Source: an uncultured Planctomycetaceae bacterium (GTDB lineage Bacteria; Planctomycetota; Planctomycetia; Isosphaerales; Isosphaeraceae). Taken from it: DNA of 64,000 nt. This document shows positions 35,093-45,629 of the stretch, piece by piece (positions within the stretch are counted from its first letter, which is position 1; each line of letters opens with the position of its first letter). The position numbers were made by a program, and so were the translations under genes. A model generated the notes under the pieces. It was not told the origin of the DNA, ran no database searches, and saw only the letters and a program-made list of their open reading frames with translations. Location: NCBI GenBank assembly GCA_963833985.1, contig CAWIAD010000002.1, positions 4,160,001-4,224,000 of the forward strand, in the 5' to 3' direction.

Positions 35093-35623
35093 TCACCGAG
35101 CCGTGCGGCGGAGGGTCTCCACGCTGCTGGTGTAGGTCTTCTTGAACTGATCGCGCAGACTTGCCAGGCGTGCCCGCAGCTCCTCGTCGCGGGCCATGAG
35201 CTGCTTGACCTCGTCCCGGGCGGTGGCGAGGGCCTTCTGATCGACGGCCAGTTCGGCCGACCGCTCCGTCTGATGCTGCTGGGCCGATTGCACGGTTTCC
35301 TGCACGGTGGCCAGCTCATAACGCACCCGCGAGAGGACCTCGGCCGCATTGGAAGCGAGCCGCTGGACGTCATTCTGGCGTGAGTTCATGACCATCAGCT
35401 CGCGATCCATCGTCGCCTGCAAGACATGGGTCTGGTCCTTGACCGCGACGATCTCGTTTTGCGTGGTGCGAAGATTCTCCTGCAACTTGGCCACGCGTTC
35501 GGTGAGCGTGATCAGGGCCTGGTTGCCGTTGCGATTGAGCTGGTCGACCCCGGCCGTGAGAATCACCCAGACCAGCGAAAAGAGCAGGATCAATACAGTC
35601 AGGACTTTACCCGCGGTGGACAT
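35093..35623 (-). CDS. Membrane-anchored coiled-coil hypothetical protein
   Basis: MSTAGKVLTVLILLFSLVW followed by a heptad-rich region; AGGAG RBS. Confidence 0.75.
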   Translation of the reverse strand: MSTAGKVLTVLILLFSLVWVILTAGVDQLNRNGNQALITLTERVAKLQENLRTTQNEIVAVKDQTHVLQATMDRELMVMNSRQNDVQRLASNAAEVLSRVRYELATVQETVQSAQQHQTERSAELAVDQKALATARDEVKQLMARDEELRARLASLRDQFKKTYTSSVETLRRTAR

Positions 35624-35914
35624 CAGTCCGCTCCTGGCAGAGGCACCATGAGATCACGCCGCGGAGACCGTTCCGAAGCCGCGTGCGCTGAATCTCCCGT
35701 GATATCGGCTGATCGAGGCGACAGACGATGACGGAAGCCGATCGCGGATGGCGAATTCCGGCGTCCTGGTCGCAACTTTTCCTAATATACCCTGCGTTCC
35801 GGAGCTTCGCCAATCCCGCCCGGAAATCTCGGCGGCCGGGATACGGTTGCTGATGCCCGGGGAGAGCGTGAGCGGGTATGCTCGGACCGGATGATCACCG
35901 AGGGAAGACAGACC

Positions 35915-37723
35915 ATGCTTGCAAGCCTCCGAGCCCGTCCGGAATGGGCCTTCTTTCTCAGCCTGAGCGCCGCGCAGCCCGCGCTGGCCCTGGCCTGGTG
36001 GGGGGTGCTGATCCTCCGCGGGCTGCTGCCGGCTGCCTTCGCCGTGGTCGCGGGCGCCCTCGTGGGCGCGGTGCAGCGCGGGGAAGATCCTCAGGCGCTG
36101 CTCTGGCTGCTGGCCGGGGTTTTCCTGCCGCTCCAGGTGTTGCCGCCCCTGCACCAGGTCCTCAGCGCCAATCTGGGCACGCGGACTTCCGAGTGGCTCA
36201 ATGACCGGCTGGTGATGGCCTGCGTCCGACCGCCGGGCATGGGCCATCTCGAGAGCCCGGAGCTGACCAGCGACCTGAGCATGGCGCGTGACTTCGACCT
36301 GGGCATCAGCGGGCCGCCCATGGCCATCTCGATGGACTTCATTGCCTCGGGATTGATGGAGATGGCGGCGGGCCTGGCCGCAACGGCCGTGGTGGCGGCG
36401 TATGCCTGGTGGGCGGCCGTGCTGCTGGCCGGAAGCTGGCTGGCGACGCACTGGCTGCTGCGCGAAAGCAGCGTCTGGCGCGATCGCAACACCGAGGAGG
36501 TGCGGCAGGCCCAGCGGCAGGCCGATTACGCCTATCGCCTGGCGGTCGAGCCGCATGCCGCCAAGGAGCTGCGGCTCTTTGGCCTGGCGGGCTGGACCGT
36601 GGAGCGGTTCCGGGCCAGCAGGCGGCGCCTGTTCCAGCTGCGCTGGGAGGCCACCAGGCTGCGCGAGCAGCCGCTCCTGTGGAGCGTGCTCCTGGTGCTG
36701 GCGGCAAACCTGGTGGTGTTCCTGTCAGTGGCCAGCGCGGCCGCGAACGGCACCTTGCCGCTGGACCGCGCCGTGACGTTCACGACGGCGGCTGCCTTGA
36801 CCAGCCTGATTGCCTTTGGCGGGCTATCCTGGGCACTCGACGGCGCCGCGGCGCCGGTGGCCGCGGTGCTTCGCCTTCAACAGGCGATGGCTCCGGCCGG
36901 AGGCGCTGGCTGCGGGCAGCCAACCGGCCGCTGGCCGGCCGGCACGCGAGATCCGCTGCCGCAACCTGACGTTCGCCTACCCGGGTACCGGCGAGCCGGT
37001 CCTGCGCGGTTTCGATTTGACGATCCCGGCCGGGTCGTCGCTGGCGATCGTTGGTCAGAACGGCGCGGGCAAGACCACGCTGGCGAAGCTGCTTTGCCGG
37101 CTTTACGATCCCCAGCAAGGTGCCATCGAGGTCGATGGCGCCGATCTGCGTACGCTCGACCTCGACGCCTGGCGGCACGCGTGACCGCCGTCTTCCAGGA
37201 CTTCATCCGTTTCGAGCTGCCCCTCCGCGACAACGTCGCACCGGCCGGTGCGCCCGACGACGCGATCCGCGCGGCGCTCGCGGACGCCGGAGCGGCCAAA
37301 CTGGCCGGGCTCGAGACTGTGCTGGCGAAAGGATACGAGGGGGGAACGGACCTGAGCGGCGGTCAGTGGCAGCGGGTGGCGCTGGCCCGCGCCCTCTGTG
37401 CCGTGCGGCAAGGCGCGGGCCTGGTGCTGCTGGACGAGCCCACCGCGCAGCTGGACGTGCGCGGCGAGGCCGAGATCTTCGACCGCATCCTGGCTGCCAC
37501 CCGCCACACCACGACGATTCTCATCTCGCACCGGTTCTCCACCGTGCGCCACGCCGACCGGATCTGCGTGCTCGAGGGCGGCCGCGTGATCGAGCTGGGC
37601 TCACACGACGAGCTGATGGCGCTGGGAGGCCGCTACCGGACCATGTTTGAGCTCCAGGCCTCGCGGTTCGGTTCCGAAACCATCGAGGAAGGTGAAGAGA
37701 CCAGCGATGACCTCCTCTCCTGA
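35915..37723 (+). CDS. ABC exporter (TMD+NBD) subunit A, frameshifts near 36900 and 37175
   Basis: AKELRLFG; Walker A GQNGAGKTT in ORF 36810..37184; LSGGQWQR, LLDEPT, SHRFS. Confidence 0.9.
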   Translation: MLASLRARPEWAFFLSLSAAQPALALAWWGVLILRGLLPAAFAVVAGALVGAVQRGEDPQALLWLLAGVFLPLQVLPPLHQVLSANLGTRTSEWLNDRLVMACVRPPGMGHLESPELTSDLSMARDFDLGISGPPMAISMDFIASGLMEMAAGLAATAVVAAYAWWAAVLLAGSWLATHWLLRESSVWRDRNTEEVRQAQRQADYAYRLAVEPHAAKELRLFGLAGWTVERFRASRRRLFQLRWEATRLREQPLLWSVLLVLAANLVVFLSVASAAANGTLPLDRAVTFTTAAALTSLIAFGGLSWALDGAAAPVAAVLRLQQAMAPAGGAGCGQPTGRWPAGTRDPLPQPDVRLPGYRRAGPARFRFDDPGRVVAGDRWSERRGQDHAGEAALPALRSPARCHRGRWRRSAYARPRRLAARVTAVFQDFIRFELPLRDNVAPAGAPDDAIRAALADAGAAKLAGLETVLAKGYEGGTDLSGGQWQRVALARALCAVRQGAGLVLLDEPTAQLDVRGEAEIFDRILAATRHTTTILISHRFSTVRHADRICVLEGGRVIELGSHDELMALGGRYRTMFELQASRFGSETIEEGEETSDDLLS

Positions 37724-39521
37724 TGACCTGCCACCGGCGCTTTCCTCCATGTGGCGTGCGCTGCGCCGCGGCTACGCGGCCGAGCCGGGGCTGCTCCTGG
37801 CGGCGTTCGGGCTGGCGCTGCTGGCCGCGCTGCCGGACGCCCTGCTCGCCCTGCTCTTCAAGCTGCTCGCCGACGGCGTACTGGCCGGCCAGCGCGGGCT
37901 GGTGCTGGCCGCGGCCGCGGGCCTGGCCATCGCCGCCACGGGCACCTGGTTCCTGCGGGTCGTGAGCATTCGCGTGCAGCGCCGGTTTCGCGACCAGGTC
38001 ACCATCGCCCTGGAAACACATGTCGCCCGGCTTCAAGCGTCGGTGGCCAGCATCGAACATCACGAGCGGCCCGACTATCTCAATCGCCTGGCGGTGCTGC
38101 GCGACCAGGTGTTCGTGCTTGACCACATTTACATGTCGATCTTTTCGACGGGCGGCTGGATCCTGAGGCTGGGGGTCACGGTGGCGCTCCTGGTTTCGAT
38201 TCACCCGGCGCTGGCGTTGCTGGCCCTGTTCGCACTGCCCACCGTGCTCACCTCGACGTGGCGGCCGGGCGTGGAGCGCGCCGCCGAGGAGCAAGGAGCG
38301 CCGGCCTCGCGCCTGGCCAGGCACCTGTTCCTGACCGCCACGACGGCCGCGCCGGGGAAGGAAGTGCGGGTCACGGGAATTGGCGAGCACCTGGCCGCCC
38401 AGCGCCGGGCTGCGTGGAAGCGGTGGTACTCGGCCCTGGCACGGGCGCGATGGCAAAGCGCCGCCTGGCACACGCTGGGGTGGTCCGTATTCGCCCTTGG
38501 CTACATTGCCGCGGTCCTTTTCGTCACGCTCGGGCTGCACGCGTCGCCCGGCAACCTGCTGCTGGTGCTGACGGCCGGGGCGCGGCTCTCGGCGTACATC
38601 GGCGCCACGGTGGGCGAGATCGGTTTCCTGCGCGGCATCTGGCTGGACGGCTCACGACGGCTGGCATGGCTGGAAGACTACGCGGCTGCGCTCGTCGAGG
38701 ACAGTCGAGAGCCCGTGCCGGACCGGTTGCGCGAGGGTATTCGCTTCGAGCACGTCTCGTTCGTCTACCCGGGGACCACGCGGAAGGTGCTTGACGATGT
38801 GTGTCTGAATCTGCCGGCCGGCGCCGTGGTCGCCATCGTGGGCGAGAACGGCGCGGGCAAGAGCACGCTGGTGAAGCTGCTCTGCCGGCTCTACCAGCCA
38901 CAAAGCGGACGCATCCTGGTGGATGGCCGCGAGCTGGCGCGGCTGGACGTCGAGGCGTGGCGATCGCGGCTGGCCGGCGCATTCCAGGATTTCTTCCGGT
39001 TCGAGCTCCAGGCGCGGCAGACCGTGGGCATTGGCGACCTGCCCCGGCTCGACGACGAGCCCGCGGTGGCGCGGGCGGTGGACCGGGCCGGCGCCGAAGG
39101 CCTGGTCGCGGGGATGGCCTCCGGCTTGAGCACGCAGCTCGGCCCCACCTGGCCCGGCGGCGTGGAAGTGAGCTTCGGCCAGTGGCAGAAGCTGGCGCTG
39201 GCGCGCGGCTTCATGCGCGACGATCCGCTGCTGCTGGTACTGGACGAGCCCACCGCGGCGCTCGATGCCGAGACCGAGCACGCGCTGTTCGAACGCTACG
39301 CCGCAGCCGCGCGGAACGGCAAGGCCGGCAGCCGCAACGGCGCCGAGCAGGGACGGATCACCATCCTGGTTTCGCATCGTTTCAGCACCGTGCGGATGGC
39401 CGACCTGATCGTCGTGCTCGACGGCGCGCGTGTCGCGGAAGTGGGCTCGCACGAGGAGCTGATTGCCCGGGGCGGACCGTATTCCGAGCTGTACGGCATC
39501 CAGGCAGCCGCGTACCGCTGA
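37707..39521 (+). CDS. ABC exporter (TMD+NBD) subunit B
   Basis: GENGAGKST, VSFGQWQK (degenerate signature), LDEPT, SHRFS; overlaps subunit A. Confidence 0.92.
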   Translation: MTSSPDDLPPALSSMWRALRRGYAAEPGLLLAAFGLALLAALPDALLALLFKLLADGVLAGQRGLVLAAAAGLAIAATGTWFLRVVSIRVQRRFRDQVTIALETHVARLQASVASIEHHERPDYLNRLAVLRDQVFVLDHIYMSIFSTGGWILRLGVTVALLVSIHPALALLALFALPTVLTSTWRPGVERAAEEQGAPASRLARHLFLTATTAAPGKEVRVTGIGEHLAAQRRAAWKRWYSALARARWQSAAWHTLGWSVFALGYIAAVLFVTLGLHASPGNLLLVLTAGARLSAYIGATVGEIGFLRGIWLDGSRRLAWLEDYAAALVEDSREPVPDRLREGIRFEHVSFVYPGTTRKVLDDVCLNLPAGAVVAIVGENGAGKSTLVKLLCRLYQPQSGRILVDGRELARLDVEAWRSRLAGAFQDFFRFELQARQTVGIGDLPRLDDEPAVARAVDRAGAEGLVAGMASGLSTQLGPTWPGGVEVSFGQWQKLALARGFMRDDPLLLVLDEPTAALDAETEHALFERYAAAARNGKAGSRNGAEQGRITILVSHRFSTVRMADLIVVLDGARVAEVGSHEELIARGGPYSELYGIQAAAYR

Positions 39522-39587
39522 GCGGCCTCCGCTGGCGCCATCAGGTGTGGATCAAGCCTCCGGGATCGAGGCGTCCGTGAGGACCAT

Positions 39588-39872
39588 GTACGGTGCGTCC
39601 AGCGCAGCGACGACGCACCGGGACGGCATCGTCACGCAGGACAACGCCAGGGAGCGATCCGGCCACCGTTTCTATCGCCAACAGCGTGGCAACCGGCTAC
39701 CAGGTCGAATCATCAACGTGGGATACGATTCCAATCGTGTCACTTTTTCGATCTCCTCGTGGGACACGATACCAATCGGTGCGTCGGCGCTGTGCGGGAC
39801 ACACTCTACCAGCCGGATGGCCTTCGCATGCATGCACACGCAGGGTGCGTCCAGCGCAGCGCCGACACACCG
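39588..39872. repeat. Mosaic REP cluster (BIME-like)
   Basis: GGTGCGTC..GAC(G/A)CACC REPs at 39588, 39777, 39840; 41-bp GTGGGA(T/C)ACGAT..CAATCG units at 39718 and 39759. Confidence 0.85.
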
Positions 39873-40216
39873 CAGGCTGATACCGGGAATCCGCTCACGA
39901 GCCCGTCACCGGGCGCAACTTCGTGAATCTCGAGTTCACCTTGTCCGCTCAGGACGGTCGTAGGGTGCTTCCGGTAGCAACGCCCGGGAATCATGCGTTC
40001 TTACCCCGCAGCCGTTGCCGGGACCAGTTTTGCTGTCACCCCTGGCACAGCGGCCCATCAACCTCGCGCAGCGCCGGGTCCCAGAGCGGCTGCTTTCGTT
40101 TTGCCACGGGCCGCGCGGTTCTTGTATCTGCTCGGTTCTTGTCGATAGCCGACGGCCCAACTATGCTAACTCGCATTCATTAACGACTTTTCGCCAGCCA
40201 GGAACATGAGCCACGT

Positions 40217-41302
40217 ATGATCACTCGAAGCGAGTTGAAGCGCCTCCAGTCACATCGCGACTATCCGTCCCTTTCCATTCTGGCACCCACGCATCGCACC
40301 GCCCCGGCCAACAAGAAAGACCGGATCGCCGTGAAAAACCTGGTGGCGAAGGGAGAGGAGCGGCTGCTCAGAGAGTTCAAGAAGCGCGAGGTCGCTTCGA
40401 TCGTTCAAAACTTGAAAAAGCTCGTGAGCCAGGTGGACTGGGAGCACGCGCTGGACGGACTTGCCCTGTTCGCCAGCCGCGAGGTCGCGACCGCGCTTCC
40501 GCTTCCCTTCCGGGTGAAGGCACGGGTCGTGATGGACGCCACGTTTGCAACCCGCGACCTGGTGTACACGCTGAACCGATCGCCCCGATACCGGGTGCTC
40601 GTGCTCTCCGAGAAGCCGACCCGCCTCTTCGAGGCGGCCACCAACGTCCTGACGGAGCATACGGCAAAGCCCTTCCCGATGGTGCACAAGGGCGCGGGAG
40701 GTGCGTCACGGTTGCCGGCGGGCCAGGGAATCAACCGCTCGGGCATTCGCGACGAGGAACACCGCAAGTTCTTTCGCGAGGTCGACGCGGCCCTTGCGGC
40801 CATCCAGAAGGATGACCCGCTGCCCGTGGTCGTGGTCGGCGTGGACCGCTATCTCGCGTTCTACCAGGAGATCACCAGGGACCCGAATGCGATCGTCGGG
40901 CTGGTGGCGGGGAGCCACGACGAAACCAGCCCCAGCGCGCTGGGGAAGCTCACCTGGCCGGTCTTCCAGTCTGGAGCCACCCTCAGAAGAACGCGCGCCC
41001 TGGTACGGCTTGACGAGGCCGTGAGCGTGAACCGGCACGCCTCGGGGATCGACCAGGTGTGGCGCACGGCGTTCGAAGAGCGCTGCCAGATCCTGCTGGT
41101 GGAAACGGATTTTGAATATCCCGCTGACCTCGCTCCGCAAGGCGACCGCCTCCTGCCCTATACCGGTGCAGGCGAAGCCGCTCTGGACGACGCGGTGGAC
41201 GAGCTGATCGAGCAGGTCCTCGCCGATGGCGGCGAGGTCTTCTTCTACCAGTCCGGGGCTCTGGATCTGCACCAGCGCATCGGGGCAGTACTGCGCTACT
41301 GA
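40217..41302 (+). CDS. baeRF3-family aeRF1-like protein (Balon-type ribosome hibernation factor candidate)
   Basis: SILAPTHRT, DRIAVKNL, DGLALFA, FATRDL, FFREVD, LLVE, DDAVDELIE.VL..GGEV, IGAVLRY. Confidence 0.85.
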   Translation: MITRSELKRLQSHRDYPSLSILAPTHRTAPANKKDRIAVKNLVAKGEERLLREFKKREVASIVQNLKKLVSQVDWEHALDGLALFASREVATALPLPFRVKARVVMDATFATRDLVYTLNRSPRYRVLVLSEKPTRLFEAATNVLTEHTAKPFPMVHKGAGGASRLPAGQGINRSGIRDEEHRKFFREVDAALAAIQKDDPLPVVVVGVDRYLAFYQEITRDPNAIVGLVAGSHDETSPSALGKLTWPVFQSGATLRRTRALVRLDEAVSVNRHASGIDQVWRTAFEERCQILLVETDFEYPADLAPQGDRLLPYTGAGEAALDDAVDELIEQVLADGGEVFFYQSGALDLHQRIGAVLRY

Positions 41303-41387
41303 CCGGCACCTGGTGCATGCGGCAGGCGTGGCGCGCGTGCCGACGCGCGCCCGGCCGCGCCGCGCCGCGTCCGCGATCGGGCAGGCT

Positions 41388-42680
41388 TCACCCGATCGCC
41401 TTGATGGCCTTCAAGACGGCATCGGCGAAGACGTCGATCTCGTCGGCCGCCGTATCGACGTTGGGAGTGATCCGCAGGCCGGAGAACTCGGCATGCTTGA
41501 TCGCGACGGTGATGATGCGATGCTTCGACCAGAGCCGTTCCTTGAGCTTTGGGGGATCGATGCCGTCCACGTGCAAGAGCCCGATGGCGCACGAGCGGTC
41601 GCACTCGCGCGGTGACAGCAGCCGGGCACGAGGGGTCGCCGCGGCAAGCTGCTCTGCCCAGCGGTTACGCAGGTATCGCAGCCTGGCGATCTTCCGTTCC
41701 GCGGTGATGGCCCGATGAAACGCCAGGGCGCCGGCGATCGCGTTGTGGAGCGCGGCGGGGTGCGTGCCGATCTCCTCGAACTTGCGGATGTCGGCGTTCA
41801 TCGATTCCGGCGCCGCCATGAGCGGCCAGATCCGGGGAATGAGCGCCTTGCGGACATACAGGAAGCCGGTGCCGACGGGGGCCAGCAGCCACTTGTGCAG
41901 GCTGGTGGCGTAGTAGTCGCAGCCCAGCTCATCGCGGCGGAACGGGAAATGCGCGAAGGCATGGGCGCCGTCGACGAAGGTCTCGGCTCCGTGCGCGCGA
42001 GCCATGTCCGCAATCTGTCGAACCGGCAGGATGTTGCCGGTGAGGTTCACCACGTGGGTGACCTCGACGACGCGCGTCCTCGGCGTCATGGCCGACCGAT
42101 ACCTGCCCACGACCTCTTCCGGCGCGGGGCTGGGCCCGCCCAGCGAGATGCGCTTCACCACGATGCCGTCGCGGCGAGCGCGCTGGTCCCAGGCCGTGAG
42201 CATCCGCGGGTAGTTCTGATCGGAGACCACGACCTCGTCGCCGCGCTGAAGGTGGATTCCGGCGATCAACGTCTGCATGGATTCCGAGGCGTTGCGGGTG
42301 ATGGCGACCTCTTCCGGATCGCACCCGAACTCCCGGGCCAGCTCGCGGCGGACCGACTCGATGCGCGGTTCCAGCACTTCCCACATCTGATGCGCGGGGG
42401 CGACGTTGGCGAACCGCGTGTCGCGAATCATGGCGTCCAGGACGGCAAGCGTGGCGGGTGCAACGCCCCCGTGATTGAGATTGATGAGCGTCCGGTCCGC
42501 GTCGAACGCGCGGCGGATCTCGGACCAGTAGTCCTCGGCGGCGGCCAGGTCGTCGCCGGCATGTCCCCGTGACATCTCGGCGGCCTTCACCACGTGTGTG
42601 ACCGCGTCCGAAGCAAAGCATACCGCAGCAGCCGCGCCCGCGACAAAACCCCGTCGATTGCTGTCGACCAAGAGACTCAC
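41388..42680 (-). CDS. Class V PLP aminotransferase (isopenicillin-N-epimerase-like), Tat-exported
   Basis: SNRRGFV Tat signal, NLNHG, DGAH, SLHKW, GLRITP. Confidence 0.88.
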   Translation of the reverse strand: MSLLVDSNRRGFVAGAAAAVCFASDAVTHVVKAAEMSRGHAGDDLAAAEDYWSEIRRAFDADRTLINLNHGGVAPATLAVLDAMIRDTRFANVAPAHQMWEVLEPRIESVRRELAREFGCDPEEVAITRNASESMQTLIAGIHLQRGDEVVVSDQNYPRMLTAWDQRARRDGIVVKRISLGGPSPAPEEVVGRYRSAMTPRTRVVEVTHVVNLTGNILPVRQIADMARAHGAETFVDGAHAFAHFPFRRDELGCDYYATSLHKWLLAPVGTGFLYVRKALIPRIWPLMAAPESMNADIRKFEEIGTHPAALHNAIAGALAFHRAITAERKIARLRYLRNRWAEQLAAATPRARLLSPRECDRSCAIGLLHVDGIDPPKLKERLWSKHRIITVAIKHAEFSGLRITPNVDTAADEIDVFADAVLKAIKAIG

Positions 42681-42886
42681 CTCCGTCCGATCAAGCCGAT
42701 TCGCCTGTGGCGCGTCGCCTGGCGTGTTTGATCATCCGGGAATTTTCTGCGGGCGTCCAGCGGCTTTCGGATCCGGCTGCCCGGTGCCGTTTGCAGCGAC
42801 TGGGCCTCTTGTTGAGCCGACGAGATGCAAGCGGGCCGCGACGCGAGCCTGGAAACGCCCGTACCGGGCGAAAGGGTTCAGCGCCG

Positions 42887-44419
42887 TCAGCTCGGAGCCG
42901 GGGCCACGGCGAGAAATGTCGGACTGTAGAGAGGCGAGACGACCTGCGCCAGCGTCGGCCTGGAAACGGAGTTGAGCGGTTGGTAAGTCTGACCCTGGCG
43001 CTCCGCGAGCCAGCGCCGCCAGGTTTCGGGCTCGGGTCCGTTCGACACCCCGCTCGCCTGGGTCAAGACCTGGACCACCCGTTCGTTGAGGCCGTCGATC
43101 GAGCGGTTGATCTCGTCCACGGCTGCCTTGTCCGACGCGATCTGCTGGTCGGTCAGTGCCCTGGCCAGCCGGGACTGTGCGGCATTGTACTGCTGGGCCT
43201 CCTGGCGGCTGGTGATCCCGGGCATGTAGAAGCTGCCAAAGCAGGAGGCCGCTTCTTGCTGAACCGGCGACGGGTAGAGCAATTGATAGTTCGCCTGTTG
43301 ACCCTCGATGAAGAGCACGCGCGCCCGACCGCCGGAGGCATCGGCAATTTCCTGCACCTGGTACTGCAAGCGATGGTTCAAAAGGGGAACGAGCTTGTCG
43401 ATGAACTCATCCGGATTGCGGCTGGTCAGCGCCTGCGTGGCCACGAAGCGCGCCTTCTCGTCGAAGCTGTAGACGGCGATGGCGGCAAGCATCTGGGAGG
43501 CTGGCCTGGTCTTGATGTGGTCGAGCACGCCGGCCAGCAGCCGATGGTGTTTGTGGTGGCCGGAGAAGACGCTCCAGAGCGTGGGGACGGCCAGGGGATC
43601 GGTCACGGACTCGACCCGGGTGGCCGCATCGAACGCCTTCTTCGCGGCACCGCGTCCATTCTGGGCGTCGATCTGCTTGTGAGCGATGGTCAGCTCGTGC
43701 GACCAGTATTCCCTGGCCTTCTTCTGGAGCACCTCCTCGGCGAGCCTGGCATCCACGGCCGACTCCCCCGGACGGGACCGGTAGCCCAGGCGCCTGCGGG
43801 CCGTCTCGTCACGCGGATCAAAGCGGATGACCGACTCCCAGTGGGTCCTGGCCTGGTCCCAGAGACCGTGGGCATCGCACCACGAAGCCAGTTGCTTCTG
43901 ATCTCCTGCCCTGTCTCGCGCCTCAGCCCGCCGGCTCTCATACGCCGCCAGCGCAGCCGCCTGGAAATGGCCGCCAGGCGTCAGACCCTCGCCCGCATCT
44001 CGCGCACTTTCCCGGCCGGCGCCGGACTGTTTGCTCTCAGGTGAGACGGCGGAACCGTCTTGCCGTGCGCCAAGCCCGGGTGAGCCGTCTGCCTGGGTCT
44101 CGGTTTCCGCGGCGATGATCTCGACCCCATGCTCCGAGTCAGAGTCAGCGCCGGCGCCGGCGCCAGACGCGGCGTTCTTTACCGGCTGGTGGTTCCTGGA
44201 CCGAGCGGAGGATTGAGAACGATCACGAGCCGCGGCTCGCCGGGTTTCCAGGGAGGGACTGGCCGATCGCGTGCTGGTCGCGGACCGGAACCCCGGCTTG
44301 TCACCGTTTGCGGCTGAAGGAGGCAAGACGCGAAAGACAATGGCCAGGATCGAGCCGTTGACGACAACTGCCAGAAGCAGGATGCTCAGCGAGCGTAAAC
44401 CGCGGTTTCGAGCAACCAT
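42887..44419 (-). CDS. Membrane-anchored planctomycete-type hypothetical protein (helical repeats)
   Basis: N-terminal TM, low-complexity linker, LASWCDAHGL, VTDPLAVPTLW, WRRWL. Confidence 0.75.
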   Translation of the reverse strand: MVARNRGLRSLSILLLAVVVNGSILAIVFRVLPPSAANGDKPGFRSATSTRSASPSLETRRAAARDRSQSSARSRNHQPVKNAASGAGAGADSDSEHGVEIIAAETETQADGSPGLGARQDGSAVSPESKQSGAGRESARDAGEGLTPGGHFQAAALAAYESRRAEARDRAGDQKQLASWCDAHGLWDQARTHWESVIRFDPRDETARRRLGYRSRPGESAVDARLAEEVLQKKAREYWSHELTIAHKQIDAQNGRGAAKKAFDAATRVESVTDPLAVPTLWSVFSGHHKHHRLLAGVLDHIKTRPASQMLAAIAVYSFDEKARFVATQALTSRNPDEFIDKLVPLLNHRLQYQVQEIADASGGRARVLFIEGQQANYQLLYPSPVQQEAASCFGSFYMPGITSRQEAQQYNAAQSRLARALTDQQIASDKAAVDEINRSIDGLNERVVQVLTQASGVSNGPEPETWRRWLAERQGQTYQPLNSVSRPTLAQVVSPLYSPTFLAVAPAPS

Positions 44420-44603
44420 GGTCAGCGTTCCTGGAAAGCATGACGTCGAACTGATGACTGAACCCGGTACAACGGCCTGAACCCCGCCGCGCGTTCCTGG
44501 AGAGATGCATCACGCCGTCTATGCTAGCGGCCAGCCTCGGATGAGGGAAGTGGCTGAAAGTTCGACTGGAACCGCTGGAACCGCTGCCACCGGGGGCCCG
44601 TAC

Positions 44604-45083
44604 ATGTCCATCTACGTCGATGCAGACGCTTGCCCCGTCAAGGACGAGATCTATCGCGTTGCCCGCCGCTATGGCATCAAGGTCTTCGTCGTCTCGAACT
44701 CACCGATGCGCGTGCCTCAGGAGGCCATCATCGAGTTCGTAGGCGTGAGCGGCGGATTCGATGTCGCGGATGACTGGATCGCCGCACGCGCGGCGACGGG
44801 AGACATCGTGGTCACTTCCGACATACCGCTCGCGGGCCGCTGCCTGGAGCGTGGAGCACGAGTCCTGGGGCCGGGGGGCTGGGAGTTCACGGAAGACGCC
44901 ATTGGCGATGCGCTGGCGACGCGGGCCTTGCTGGAGATGCTCCGCCAGTCTGGAGATTTTCGCGGCGGACCTTCCCCGTTCGCCAGATCGGATCGTTCGC
45001 GTTTCCTCTCAAAGCTCGATGAACTGGTGCACGCGGCCCGGCGCGATGCACAGCGCCCGGGTGGGAATTCGCCAGTGAGATGA
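44604..45083 (+). CDS. YaiI/YqxD (DUF188) PIN-like protein
   Basis: IYVDADACPVK, ADDWI, DIVVTSDIPLA, GGPSPF...DRSRF. Confidence 0.92.
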   Translation: MSIYVDADACPVKDEIYRVARRYGIKVFVVSNSPMRVPQEAIIEFVGVSGGFDVADDWIAARAATGDIVVTSDIPLAGRCLERGARVLGPGGWEFTEDAIGDALATRALLEMLRQSGDFRGGPSPFARSDRSRFLSKLDELVHAARRDAQRPGGNSPVR

Positions 45084-45135
45084 CCGGCCGCGATGTACGG
45101 AAGCCGGGCCACCGGGCGCGAACCGTCCGGAACGT

Positions 45136-45340
45136 TCAATTCGCGGCCACGACGCGGCCGCCGAGGAGTATTTCCTCCAGGCGTCTTGCCTGTGCGGAGC
45201 TGATCGATCCTGCCGCTCGTCAGGTCATTCACTTCCTTGCGACACCGGTCGACCACTTGCCCCTTACCTGGAAAATCGGCGTGCCGGAAGACCAGCTCGG
45301 CCGCCTCCAGAAGGCGCTGGAAGTCATGACGATCTCTCAT
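45136..45340 (-). CDS. Small hypothetical protein, frameshift near 45215
   Basis: MRDRHDFQRLLEAAELVFRHADFPGK...EVNDL, then AAGSISSAQARRLEEILLGG.. to TGA 45136-45138. Confidence 0.45.
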
Positions 45341-45629
45341 CGGAGGCCTGCTTCCATGAACCATTTGTTGGATGTTTTGTTGCACCCCTGCATGTAATAT
45401 ACGCAAGATTGAGTTCCGTGACCAGGGTTTCGGTTTCAGTCGGCCAATTGAATCGTAAATCGCGCGGCGATCGCAGGAGCATCCGTCGCCACGGCAGGGC
45501 TGGGGCTTCAGTCGCACACCATTGCGCTTTAGAGTGATCGAAATGAGCGACGAGGCCCGTGGCTCCCCTCTGCCCTGGCGGGCAGTTTGCACGATGATGC
45601 GCAGGAACCCATGCCGGAGGTCTTCCACA

